Assembly (NCBI GenBank): GCA_002633005.1
Contig: NMRA01000070.1
Span: 938,369 to 1,002,368 of the forward strand
Length of the DNA: 64,000 nucleotides
Source of the DNA: Phoronis australis
Lineage: Eukaryota; Animalia; Phoronida
Direction: 5' to 3'
The notes beneath the pieces are model-generated. The model saw nothing but the letters and a program-made list of their open reading frames with translations, did no database searches and had not been told where the DNA came from. This document shows positions 52,201 to 64,000 of this stretch, piece after piece. The stretch's first letter is position 1. Every line of letters begins with the position of its first letter. The translations under genes were made by a program, and so were the position numbers.

Positions 52201-54908
52201 GCTTATATATTTTCTGAAAATAAAAATCAGGAAATATGTTTCATATTTATGCTCCTTTATTGTTATTACTTTAACATCTTTTAACGTCAACATTTCATTT
52301 TTAAGAAAGTACATTCATAGAAAAATAACCCTTTGGTCGATTTAAATGAACCACTTTTTTAAGAAAACTTCACCAGTTATATGTACCTCAAAAATTTTTG
52401 ATTGGTCCTTTAGTTTGGACATTTTATGATAAATCAACTCACAAAACGGATGGTATTTTTTGTAAAACATAGCAATCGTATTCGTCTTTCTTACATAACA
52501 GAAAAATTAGGCACTGATATCGAAAATCCTAACAGCGCCTTTAAGATTGATGAATGGTTGGAAAGTTTCAGCTAAATCCACCGGACCGTTTTTGAGAGCT
52601 CGTGTTCTTAAATTCAAATTAAGTAGATTTGCCGAAGGCAAGGAAAAGCCGATTAAGTTGGGACGTGGGAAAATGTCAAGGTTTTCCGTTAATTATTGGC
52701 TGGAAACTTTTGTTTTCAGTCAACCTATACACCTCTTATCCGTGTTCATTATTTCAACATTCACTCGCAATGTCAGCTGAATTTGGAATGCCTAATTAAC
52801 TTCATTATCACAAAACACTTAATTAGCGAAGTCGATTTCCAATGCATCGGAGTCAAACTGGTGCATTGTGGTCCACTTTAATGTAGGTCAACAATTCATT
52901 GTTATACACACCACGCGCCGAGATACTGACATGAAACCAAGTACACGTACGGAATGAATAGCAGAAATCAAGTCGGTGGTTAAAGCGCTTCGTGAAACAG
53001 CGAAATGTCAAATTACCTGTACACTTAAAGGATTTGGATGATGACCTATTTTTAACAACTTGCTGTGTTCGTGAACACAGTCACAGAGGCGTGAGGCGAC
53101 TTGTAGCATTCGTTCTCAGCGGTCTAGAGCATCTAGAAACATAACTCTTTCAATATCAAAACTACGTGTTGTCTTCGTTTTTTCCCGGCATCTTTCTATC
53201 ATATCTACACGTCGTTGACTCTATATTATGGCGACTCGGTGAATGAAGGGAATGAGCGTACATAAGGAGCTGCGCTTTGCCTGGCGGGAGATTTGATTTC
53301 AGTGACAGCCCCGTAAACTTTGACCTTTGATAACTGCAGCAGAAAACAAAAGTCCACGCGGTTGTGCTGTTCCAAAGTGGTTCTCATGGGCGGTGAACAA
53401 TAGGGGGCTGGGGGGACTATAACCCCCACTTTTTCAGTGAGAATTGAGCTTAACCGTATCATATCTATTAGGGGTGCTGTCGTGGATTTTAGTGACTAAA
53501 TTGAGAGAGAGAGACATAATTACACATACTAGAATTCACTTCTGAACATGTTTTTAAATCATTATGTACTGGCCTGCAAACTCATTCCATTATATTCGTT
53601 GACCACCAAAACAAGGGTGCAAATACCAAAATAATCTACATGTAGTGCCCTGTCGTGAAGTTACGAGCAGAAACACAATTTTAAATAATGACCTCCCTTA
53701 TTTACATAAATTATGAAAATGTATCTGGAAGCAACCCATAACATTACTTCAGAGACTTAACACGAACTGATCACAGAAACGTGAGTGCAAATATCAATAT
53801 AATTTACCTTTGGTGCCTGATTCCACTTTCAAAGTACATTGTAGCTCCGTTAGATTCACTGTACACATAAACACGGGAGCAAATATAAATGTCTTTCCAA
53901 ATGATCTCGTGCACATTAGTGCAAAAATCCCCTTAATTACAACAGCAGATTTTAATAATGACACATTTCATATAATTTGACCAATGCTACCTGATACCGC
54001 ATCCAAACGTACACGTAGGATTTTCATAATTAATGCAAATTCTCGATGTATCCACTTCCAATGTGGCTCCATTAAATTCACTGACCATAGAAACGTGGGT
54101 AAACATATTCAAAATATTCTACCTGAAATCCTTAGAAAGGTAGTTAAAAGTAAAAACAGAATAATGGCTGCCTTAGTTGACCTTATTTACAAAATACTCA
54201 AGGTTATTAAGATTAAAACCAAGCTAAAATGCTTCAGGAGGGTTATCTAGACATGAAACAACCAAAACACTGATTCTGTCAAGAATGTCTAGGCCGGTTA
54301 AGCAATCTGGCCCCGTTGCATAGAGTTTGCCGAGTCACCGGATATGGAACATTTTCGGGACACATGTAAAGTTTAGGTGTACGGTCATGGAATTTGTGTA
54401 TGTATATACATAAGATCTAGAGAACACTTGCATCAGATATAAATTTATGTATACGCAGTACGTGCTTTTATCGCAACTGCCTTTTATTGCTTACCTCGGT
54501 GACTGCCGTGTAAGTGAAAACACTCGTATCATACTCCCACTGTGTGCATTCTTCTGTGGAAATCTTCGAATTCGCTAAAGTATAATTCCTAGATCCAGAG
54601 CTATTATCGTCATGAACCAAAATGTAGCTGATTGAAGACAGATTGAAAATCAGACAACGACTGAACGTACCAGTTTCCTCTAAAGGTATTGTTAATTGTT
54701 TTCGATCGTCCATGGAGAAGTTTGCGAACTCGACTGGTGCGGCGCACCAGTGATCAGGCACGGCTGCGACAAAAACGTAAGCCATAGCACTAAAACAGCC
54801 TATGAAACCAGTCATTGCCAATAACATATAATGAAAGCGTTGGTATCTTCCAAATTCCCCTATACCAACAAGGAATTTGTCTAAGCCAACGAAAACACTT
54901 CCCGACAT
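31287..54908 (-). CDS. SLC22-family organic cation/anion transporter (MFS), 10 coding exons, ~563 aa
   Basis: Exons 54908-54495, 38706-38603, 37140-36986, 36103-35932, 35062-34909, 33952-33846, 33365-33148, 32721-32540, 32068-31911, 31314-31287 (last exon least certain); phase-consistent, 1692 nt. Motifs IGEFGRYQ, VPDHWC, TEWNLVC, LADRFGRK, PESVRWL, LGRR, EFYPT.FRS.G.G, LLLPET. Acceptor 6 nt upstream of the ATG and a candidate 5'-UTR exon donor near 55217. Confidence 0.92.
38242..38499. mobile_element. MITE, CATGCGCGCACCC-TIR family, copy 1
   Basis: TIRs catgcgcgcacccag / ctgggtgcgcgcata; near-perfect 5-bp TSD gtgag/atgag; homologous to 45006-45246. Confidence 0.85.
39787..40762. mobile_element. 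Long (~976 bp) member of the CAxxGGCGGAT-TIR family
   Basis: CAGTGGCGGATCTAGGATAT...CCTAAATCCGCCTATG; both ends match the 4421 element; TSD agtta on both sides, with a catgta hexamer between the left copy and the element. Confidence 0.8.
40021..40098 (-). pseudogene. tRNA-like Pol III module inside a MITE
   Basis: Reverse strand reads TCGTGGTGGTGTAGTGGTAACGCACGCGCGCAGTACGCGCAAGGTCGTGAGTTCGAGTCTTTGATACTTCCAGTTTTT: A-box, GC-rich stem-loop, B-box GTTCGAGTC and T5 terminator. No canonical acceptor stem. Confidence 0.6.
43506..44294. mobile_element. Non-autonomous foldback-like element, copy B
   Basis: Left end of CCACGACCC/CCACAACCCC motifs and right end of complementary GGGTCGTGG/GGGGTTGTGG motifs; interior homologous to 28361-29190. 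Confidence 0.75.
45006..45246. mobile_element. MITE, CATGCGCGCACCC-TIR family, copy 2
   Basis: 13-bp TIRs catgcgcgcaccc/gggtgcgcgcatg with perfect 5-bp TSD TTACA (45001-45005, 45247-45251). Confidence 0.9.
45609..47157 (-). mobile_element. Kolobok-like DNA transposon (TTAA TSD, 158-bp TIRs, THAP-domain ORF start); interior is a gap
   Basis: TTAA at 45605-45608 and 47158-47161; TIRs 45609-45766 and 47000-47157 nearly identical, with AGG...CCT ends; minus-strand ORF from 46892 begins MPHCCCVPGCSN (THAP N-terminus); a convergent plus-strand ORF MAGVGDPYHSDSS also runs into the gap. Confidence 0.8.
46012..46832. other. Assembly gap (N run)
   Basis: Run of n characters. Confidence 0.99.
50421..50561. 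mobile_element. Small MITE (GTTCAGTAG...CTACTGAAC); inverted paralog at ~58637-58775
   Basis: Terminal inverted repeat gttcagtag/ctactgaac; core cggcaatatctcacgtaatct matches the reverse complement of agactacgcgagatattgccg near 58685. Confidence 0.6.
51357..51483. repeat. Compound low-complexity repeat (CA/CCAT/CATA)
   Basis: Runs of acac, ccat and cata units. Confidence 0.8.
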
Positions 54909-57900
54909 ATTGCACTGCAAAACTGAGAACTCGAGCGGCAAATACGTGTGCATGTGTGTATCACAAAGCTTGAAGGTCGGCGCTACTACCTCATCCAGGG
55001 TGACCAAAAGCCGGCCATTTCAAGAATGACCGAAAGTCAACAGCTGCCGAAACTAAAAATAGCCCAGCGTCGTTGAAATACTGTATCTATGACAATGACC
55101 GAAAAATGATGCGCTCGAGACGTAAGTTATGTCAAGACGTGACCTTAAATTATTCACAGAAAACCCCCTCAAGTCGGGAAAAATGACTTTATTATCACGA
55201 ACTGATATTTGAGCTTACCACAGAGTCATCTATTGGGCAAACGCTCAACATCCGTTCACCTATAGGGGGCACAGAATAGTTCTCGCTGGGGTTTACCGGT
55301 CAGATCGTACGATAATGGACTTGATGCACTTTCTTCACTCTGACGAAAAGAGTAAGCAACGAATTAAAAGTCATTTCAAATAACAAGACCTAGAGATTTG
55401 CACAGAAACGTTATCATCTCTTGTGCTTTTCACTCTTTCTAACTGAACAGCAACTGAAGAAGGATAAAGAACTGGTAAAAATACAAAATCAGCACTTTTC
55501 GCCCAAAACCACAACTTCCTGCCGATGCTGCATTTATGTGCCATCTTATTCAAGTGACCATGCAACATCTAGCCATGGGATACAAAAAGCATGCCATTAG
55601 CTTAATTTTAAAGTCTTATTACTACAACCAAACTACAAACCCACTAGGTTACTTTACGAATTAGCCCAAAGCTTGATACCCACAGGGTGAAAGGAATGTA
55701 ATGGTCTTTACCGGTATTTTTGTCTGAGACACTACAAGCGCAACATCGTCTGTCACAGCAATACGAAGTAAGGACAGGACAACTGAAGTGGCGACGCGAC
55801 TGGCAGACTCCTTCCCAAATCTGAAAATCGCGATCACCGGTTCAGCCATACGTGGCTTCGTGAAGAGAAATTACTTGCCATAATTCTGCCGCATTTTTAC
55901 TGAAATCGCGGAATATCACGAGTGACATTAAGTTATATCGCCTCTGAAATTTGTAGTGTAGAATACAAAAAATCAAAATGAGCTGTTCAATTTTATGCAG
56001 CAATTTAGTTTTAGATCACTGAAAAATTGATGTATTTGAATTCAAAAACATGATAATGTCTATGGTTTTTTCAATAAAACATAATTGAAAATATGTACGC
56101 GAGTACCAAACACTAACGAAAGCGGTACCTTGTGCTTCCGAACGCCCATGAAAATAGTTAAAATCTGCGTTTAAGGATCCTCACCAAGTCTCAAATTGCT
56201 ACATGTAAACCGATCAGTGTCATCTTGTGGCGTACGAAGCTGCGCGACAGGTGGATATGCTGTGCGTGAACCTAGGATCTCGCTTATTCAATACCGCGTA
56301 TGCGTGAACTTGAAATAAGCGAGGCAAGTTGGCAAGTTCACTCAAATAATCACGTTCATGTTCATGTTCATAAAAATTTGCACTGTACTCAATCAAATTG
56401 AATAAAATAATGTCGATTTTAACCAACCTTTTCAACTACTGCGATCTATTTCACCTATTAACAATAACTGATTTATCCACTCAAATATTCCTCCGGTTCT
56501 GCGACACAAGTTACGGTAAAGGAGAAAATGGGTGTTCGTGAGGCCAATAATTACAAAAATTCTTTTCATTGAACAAAAAATTCACCTGATTGCCTTGAGA
56601 AATATTCAATTCTAAGTTCACGCATACGCGATCTTGAGATTAAGTATGATTCCAAGTTCACTCACAGCAGAACAACAATAAAATCCTCCCAACGCCAGTA
56701 GAACATACACGAGTCTGGTCAGTTCAACAACTCCCTTACACCAACGTTCCGTAGCGCGATAAACGAGATTACATGTTCGATCTACAACTATAAAATTTCT
56801 TTTTTAATAATCAGATTAAAGTCAAGCGTGGTTTTGCGTGTTCAACCGTCGCATTGATTGGATTTGGTTTCGCTCAATTGAGTTGCCGCTAGAATTTAGG
56901 CCTACTTTCCTAGCAACAATTTCGCAGGGATTGTTGCAAAAGATGTTCTTGATACGCTAATAGAAAATTGGGCATTTTCTTGAAGAGTTTTTCATGTTTA
57001 AAAACACTTTGCAGCCTCTATAGTTGCTTTCCACATGCCTTCAATTTTCTCGGCCAAATAATTAACCTATCGCATGCTCCGCCCCCTTGCGAAGTATCGG
57101 CAAACAAACAATAACTTTTACCTGGCAACGCGTAGTTTGTCGGGTAAAATGGCGACTTGGAAACGAATGTGTGTCGTGAATGCTGAGTTCTGATTGGTTA
57201 GTTAAGCCGTCACTCAATGTCTTGGCGATAGGTCAATTGGTTCCACAGTGATACAAAGGATGGCGAATTCCACTTCGATCTCAGAAATCATTGTACTTCT
57301 GGAAAACAAATTACAGCCCGCACGAGTTGTTATATTGCAAACAGACTCAATCTATTGAAAATTTTACTTTACATATCGTTAAAATCTCAACTCTCAGGGA
57401 CATCCATCATTAAATCGAAGCCCCTTTTCTTTCCCCCAAGTGTCCTCGCACAATGACATGTAGAAAATTGATATGTTTTAGATCACTCAATAATATCAAG
57501 AAACCATTAATTATAATTGATATTCATGCGTATGTATATAATGTATGTTGTGTATATGAAAATGTACCACAATGTGTAATAAAATTTGTGTCAATAATAA
57601 ACAAATTAAAGTTCCACTGATTTTGATGCAGGTTGAAAGTCAGCAAAATTTTTGTCCAAATTCAGTAAATTATTTTTTAAACCTAGAGTATTTACCCTCG
57701 AATCTACGGTGCGGCTAGAGAGAGGTGCCAACTGAGGTAAACTGATGACGTAACATCTATACTTATTTCGCTGCGTCCGGAGCGACAATCCCAACAAGTT
57801 ATGCCCTATATTTGAATGTGAGCACAAACCAAGCATGATGTGCCTTACGGAATTTGAGGTTTTTCACTAAGCACGTCATCATGTTTCTCTTGCAAAGCGC

Positions 57901-58389
57901 TTACTTTAGCTCAGGTAGAAAGAAGAAAGCGTGTCGTTTAGAAGGTTTAATTACTTTTTCAAGAACAATACGAATTAGTGCAACTTTTCTGGCGATAAAA
58001 ATTCTCCACTTCGAGAATGTCCCCCTTTCAGCTATATAAACCAATGGCAAGTTTTAAATGACGTCTACAGAAGATGTACTCATTTTGACGAAACACCTTA
58101 ATTTGTTTTCGTTTCAGACTTAAGGCTATGTAGGACCACAGAAAAAAAATGTCCATATTTTTGTAACTTTGCCAAATGACAAATAGAATTTAAAATAAAC
58201 TTGCAGATATTATGTATTTTAAATGATCCGTTTGTGGAGCAGGGGCTATTATAAAACATGATCTTGTTTTATTTTCAAGAAAAACAAAATCTAAAGTGTC
58301 ATAAAATACTGTTGTAACCGTTCTTTACTGTATTGTTCAAGACTGTATTGTATTCAAATAGCCAATCTTTTTGATGTTTGCAAATATAC

Positions 58390-58600
58390 ATTGGTTTTGA
58401 ACTTGAGTTCCGTCTATTTCAAATGGTTAATGTATCTGAACATTCTTGACTGCTCATTCCACAGCGTTCCAGAATTCCTTACTATATCACGTCGCCAATA
58501 CGATGTGGCCTTCAATAGGCTGAAGGAGACAAGAACGTCAAATATAAGGATTTACTATCAGGAACTTGCCTATCTTACGTATTACAGAGACATCTATTTA
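58390..58600 (-). mobile_element. Possible 3' remnant of a CR1/L2-type LINE
   Basis: Minus-strand reading KATSYWRRDIVRNSGTLWNE resembles the G..LWN.LP C-terminal motif of CR1/L2 ORF2; heavily decayed. Confidence 0.3.
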
Positions 58601-58636
58601 CAACTTGTCAATGTGCTGGAACTCGACCAGGGTAGA

Positions 58637-58775
58637 GTTCAATAACGCTAGAACCTCACTAGAAAAGCAAAACTTCATGCGCTAGACTACGCGAGATATT
58701 GCCGTTTACTTTGAATGAGTGAACGTGATTTTGGCTAGCTTTTTCTAGCCGCGACACAGCTACTGATCTCTACCC
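58637..58775. mobile_element. Small MITE, inverted paralog of 50421-50561
   Basis: gttcaataacgctag...gctactgatc ends and a shared internal core. Confidence 0.55.
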
Positions 58776-61069
58776 AGGCCTTAGCAACTTGTCTTAGCTC
58801 TGCTATACATTGTTGTGAAGATTTTAAGGTCAAAATATCAAACACGTGAAAATTGGTGTGACACCCGCCTCCCGAGGCAAAAACTGCGCGGTTTTTAATT
58901 TGCCGTAGGCGTGAGTTGTGACCTACAGTAAGCTCGAGTGAATTCCAGGGTATCATGTCTCCGTCTGTGGTTGCACTATGAGATCAGCTTGCCGACTGGA
59001 GTGAAAAACGGCAGAGCACATAGCTAACATCAATGAGTGAACGTGCGTTAATAGTTGAAAGAACCATATAGTAGCTGATGATGTAGTTGTTTATGACAAC
59101 AGTTATAATTAACGTGCAATTCATAGCCAGGAAATGTAAGATTTTCATAAAAATTATGTTAGATAAAATTATGGCCAAAATTAAATTTGATCAGCTGTAA
59201 AATTATAAGGGCCACGTGGATGGCTGCCAAATATCTTGCACTGATCAACTAATTGTAAGAGCATGGTGAGATTTTTCGAAATGGTAGGCACGTTGTCCTA
59301 ATCTTACGTCAGCAGTTTGTATTTTAACTGAGTCGATAAATAAATGCGTTGCGTTGCGTTATGTTCGCAGGTCGCGGTAAAACTAAAAAGCAAAACCCGA
59401 AGCACACCACGGCACACCAAGAGCTGTTCATATGCCCTCATCACACATCTTCGCGCTTAATTAGTAGTTTGCTGATTAATAATACGGAACGTTTTGCAAA
59501 TAATGAAACGATTCATTCATTTGCAATCAATGAAAAAGACATATTAAAAACCTTGTTCAAAACTTTAAGATCTAACCGTGACCGGAAATTTTAAGAGGTT
59601 AGTCAGAAGAAATAACTAAATGTCATTTTTCAAAGTCCAGAAGTCACACCTACTGTACATGTATGTAATTTGACTAAGGGGGAATTTGAGACCAATTCCA
59701 TAACGATAAGTTGCCTACATTAAAACCTGAATTTTTACAACGGTTTAATGCTGCTTTAATAAAAAAAAACATAACAATTTCCACCACCAGACAGCAAACC
59801 AGTTTAAAAGGGCTGTTATTAAATGACAATAGAGAGATCTGACAACCGCCCTCATAATGTAAGCCTTGTGCTAATACCAGAACTTCAATACCTCGCATCA
59901 AACCAACGTGGCATAATCATGCAAACAAAATCCTGCTGGCATACCGGATTCCTGGCAACATGGCAAATTGGAAGCCTTTGTTTCGCATTAATGTTGTAAA
60001 AAATGGTTCATTAACCACCACCAGGTTATTGGGCGTTTATGTAAAATACTTTCATGCTTGTAGAAGGTGTCCATGGACTGTGGGACGCGTCTAGAACTTA
60101 ATTCACAGATTTATGTACCGTCTGGCACATTCAAACTGCTGACACTTAGAAAATGACTACTTCAGAACTCGTTTTAGTGGGAATGATGTTTGGACTGAAA
60201 TCTTAACTTCGCGGCGCAAAACGTGCTCCTTGAATGATTGCGTTACGACGGTTTGTAATCAGCGTTTATTGTGTCACTGAACCCTTCTTTGTGGAAAGCG
60301 AGTATGATGAAATTGTACACCTGACCGATTCAATAAGATGCATGTAAATTTCTTCATTCCAAACTTAGCTCGTCAAACTATGGATATATTAAAACACCAC
60401 TTCCCGAACATCTCTTCACCAATTTGGAGGTGATTCTTGATCTCCGCGCTCGCCAGAATCCATTCGAATACTTTTGTGGGTATATTTAAATGAGTTTTCG
60501 TATAAAACCTATGAACATAAAGGTAGCAGTCTTAGATACTCATAACACATTAGCTAATGAGAAACGTAATTTAATGGCTGGGCGGGAGGTAGAGCACACA
60601 GTTCAAATAATTATGCGCCAAAGGAGTTCTTTGAAAGCTCACAAGCTTGAAGGGTTAGAACTCTCACACTTAGTCTATGCTGTCTGCAAGAAGATAAAAT
60701 ACGTAATCTCTTCTCAAATTGTTCTCATTTAAACGCATATTACACCAGGTTTTGTTGATTTTACCCAGAACTGCTTCCGTCATGTACTGGTGTGTAGCTG
60801 TACCTTTCTGGAAAAAGGAAAGCATTATTCAGCCAAAATCCTGTCCTCACTGAGTCACAAAATGGAATCGTGGTTAGATACGTAATGTTTTCCCTACAGT
60901 CGTGAGCTGGCTCATCTTAAGTGCTAGTCAAATATTTAATAGTTAAGTCAGTGTGTTTTTAAAATGCCACGTTATTTAGGGACACCCTGTATGAATGGGA
61001 TTCCGTTGCTCGAGCAAAAATCCGGCTATAGTTTGATAGCATGCGTTTGTTTACGCTCTGACAATAGTC

Positions 61070-63677
61070 ATGGTAAGTATTAGATTACTTCTTGTGTCTA
61101 GCAACGTGTTACGTCATTTTCGAACTTTATTTGTTGAGTTCCAGATCGCTCAGAAGTTTTCTTTAGTAGGAAATCATAAACATAAATTTTAAAAACATGC
61201 AGATTTAACATATTTTAATTAAGCTAATGCTGTAAGCCAGGTGTCGGAGTTGCCTACAGTTATTTTTCACCGTGCTTGCTTTGTAGCCATATGTAAACGT
61301 CTTTAGCTCAAAGAAAATTTATGATTCATTGAAAGTTCCCTGTCTAAGCGAATGCCATAATGTGAAAAAATTGCAAAGCTTTGTTGACAATTTTGTGAAT
61401 AGGCATTTAGATAAGCCTACTATAACATTCGCAAATCATTTCTGTCACCGTTCACTTTAATGTAGACCGGCCATCGAGCGACAACGCAGGGGAGCTGAGA
61501 TTGGTGGGATAAAAACTAATTTCATGAATAACTTCTGTCAAAAAACAATCCCGCAATATTCACGTAATGATTACATAAAAATTATTAATAAGCGCCTTTT
61601 TTGACATTTACTCGCTATCTTAAGAGGAACCTGCGTGTGTCTACATGTATAAAGCGAAGTGTAAAACCTGGTTCATCACTCTACCTAGTTCTCTAACAAT
61701 TGGCTCTAATGCGCATGCCCGCGGACTAATATTTATGTGACAGGGAAGATTGCATTTTCAAACGAAGCCACTATAAAAATTACGAACATTATTAACAAGC
61801 GTGAATTCATTATCGGATTTTGAAATTAAATCGCAAACGGAAATATACTGAATTTTTATTTTTCGTTTTTGCAAATTGGAAATGGAACAGTAGACAAAAT
61901 CGGACTTACGATTTTCGTTTTAAGAACAAGGTAGGATGTGGAACTAAAGACAAATTTTCAATTTTCATGTTTCAAATGTAAATTGACATATTGAACGATT
62001 TTCCATTTTCGCTTTGCATATTGAAAACTAAATTAGGACAATGCACAATGATTCCGCTACTGTATTTAGCACAATGGATTTGACTGGGCGGAATATTATT
62101 TGGCCGCTACTGCGAAATTAGTGGACTTTCTTTTAAAGCTCCTAAAGGTCAGGGCCAACTCATTACATCGGCTTTTGCATACTCTTAACTTTTTTGTTTT
62201 TGTCTGTTTGTTTTCTTAGGCTTTAAGGAGCACTTTGCTAGCCGTCTCCTTCCTAGTTGGCATGCAAACGGGTCAATCATATCAAAGAGACAAGCGCATG
62301 TGTCAAATCATAGAGAGTGCATTCAACTTGAACACGGATGACGACTGGTCCCCAGTTGGCAAGAAAAACAAAATTGAGGAGAAAACACCATTTCGTGAGC
62401 CGACTAACAGCAAAAATGTTCTGGGCAAAAGTTTCTTTCTACCTGGCGTAGACCTCTACAGTGATCGCGTCGGCGGAACTTCCGTATTTGACGAGATTGA
62501 CCCAAAGTGTCTTTTGGTGTACCCGAAACAGAGGCAAACGAGACAAAACCTGTATTATTATGAAAACACTCAGTCATTTTACAACAAGCTTGCTACGACC
62601 AGCAACCTAAAGACTACGGTCACAGGCAAATATACGATGGGGAGGACACTGAAGGTAAAGACCAACTCCATTTCACGTGGCTCAACCGACGTGAGCGGCA
62701 ACACCCTAAGGATGTGGACGCACATTGAAACCCACGTGTTGGATGACGGATGTTACCGTTTACCTGGAAATCCGTTGGCCGCGACTGTTCTAAACGCACT
62801 ACGTGAACTACCTTTGTCGATCGGCAGACCCGAATTGAAGGCGTCCTGGAAACTTTATGAAAACTTTCTAGAAAAATATGGCTCTCATGTTGTGACAAAG
62901 ATTCACTTAGGTTCTTCTATTCGTTCTTGGACGTTTTCCAAGAGAACCAAAAATTATTCTCAGAGGCAATTTCAAGTATCAGCTTGCATTAACTTCGAAG
63001 GTCAGGCAGATGTGGGTAAGCTTGGTGTCGATGCCTGCAAAGGTGTGACGCGGGACGAAATTCATGAAGCGTCCCATTACAAAACATCTTCCAATGTCAA
63101 CATCCAAGGAGGAACAAACGCAACACGATACAAACTTAAAACAAAGCGTACAAAGCACCTTATTGAGAAATTGATGAACGAAGGTCGGACCAATCCCTCA
63201 CCTGTCGATTACGAGTACGCAGTTATTTGGGACATCATAAAGATGCAATTCTCGGGTACAGACCATGAGAGTAAAAAAATGAGAGCTAAGGCAGCGAATA
63301 TCCAACAGTTCTATGAGGGTTTTCAAGACTTCGGTTGCAGCCAACAAATTATAAATGGCTTAAGAATGCGTTATTTCCGGGAGACTCCCGGTGAGTCGTC
63401 ACCACTGACTCCCGCGTATGAGTGCTGGATGGAGGGGAAAGGATGCCACTCCGACAAAGATTGCCACGTTGACGGCGGAGTAGCATATTGTTACGGCAAC
63501 ACGTGCATGGTGCATAAGAGGCCTGCGTTCGGTAACAAAGCTAAATATGCTGTTGCCCAAACTTCTAAATCCGGAAATCATGACGATGGCGTAAATCTTT
63601 CTTGTTATTCCACTTGGCTAGCCACAGCTAAATGTCACCTTAACTACTTCCAACCTTACAGAATTTGGCCTCACTAG
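61070..63677 (+). CDS. Secreted MACPF-domain protein, PsTX-60A/AvTX-60A toxin-like, 486 aa
   Basis: Inferred exon 1 ATG|gtaagt at 61070-61072 spliced to a polypyrimidine-tag acceptor at 62219 gives signal peptide MALRSTLLAVSFLVGMQTGQS; exon 2 62220-63677 is fully open. MACPF-type motif FLEKYGSHVV...GSSI; segments YENTQSFY, GKYTMG, QGG..ATR, PSPVDYEY..IW, NIQQFYEGF.DFGC and Cys-rich GCHSDKDCH match sea-anemone MACPF toxins as I recall them. Confidence 0.88.
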
Positions 63678-63805
63678 ACTTTATTATCTTGTGTGCCTAC
63701 GTGTACGTGAACCTACAATAGAAAAGTGAACAATGACTTTGTTGTACATTTATCTCGGGGGGAAATGACAATACCATAATATGCTGACATGAATTTTGTC
63801 ATTTA

Positions 63806-63970
63806 CATGGGCGGATCCAGGATTTTGAGTTGGGGGGACCAGGGCAGACTATTAGCCAGGGTTTTGCCTGTCAGACATACATGTAGGCACCCCCGAATTG
63901 CCCAATGGAATCTTGGAGAATTTTAGGGTGGGGGCATGGCCCCCTTGGCCCCCCTCTAAATCCGCCACTG
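63806..63970. mobile_element. MITE, CAxxGGCGGAT-TIR family with 5-bp TSD
   Basis: CATGGGCGGATCCAGG...TAAATCCGCCACTG with perfect TSD ATTTA (63801-63805, 63971-63975), ~130 bp downstream of the MACPF stop. Confidence 0.88.
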
Positions 63971-64000
63971 ATTTACGTTGAATACTCGCTTGCGGCTTGG

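Overview
Eukaryotic (metazoan, probably marine-invertebrate) genomic DNA with spliceosomal introns and one scaffold gap (46012-46832). I assembled four protein-coding genes exon by exon with consistent splice phases: an MBOAT-family Hedgehog acyltransferase (HHAT-like, - strand, 9 exons, 526 aa); a divergent 149-aa calmodulin-like protein ending in a CaaX-like CAAN (+ strand, head-to-head with HHAT); an SLC22-type organic cation/anion transporter (- strand, 10 coding exons, 15.8-kb first intron); and a secreted MACPF protein resembling sea-anemone PsTX-60/AvTX-60 pore-forming toxins. At 3.7-7.2 kb lies a ~0.91-kb tandem array of four cassettes. Each has a splice acceptor, a Ser/Thr-rich stalk, one TM helix and a short tail resembling the protein-4.1-binding motif; two are intact and two disrupted. 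Other content: a decayed Maverick/Polinton virus-like element (packaging ATPase, major capsid C-terminus, adenain-like protease); a young Kolobok-like TTAA transposon with 158-bp TIRs around the gap; several 5-bp-TSD MITE families, one carrying a tRNA-like Pol III module; and repeated TA-to-TACATGTA insertions visible between paralogous copies. Family assignments rest on motif recognition from memory; no database searches were run.
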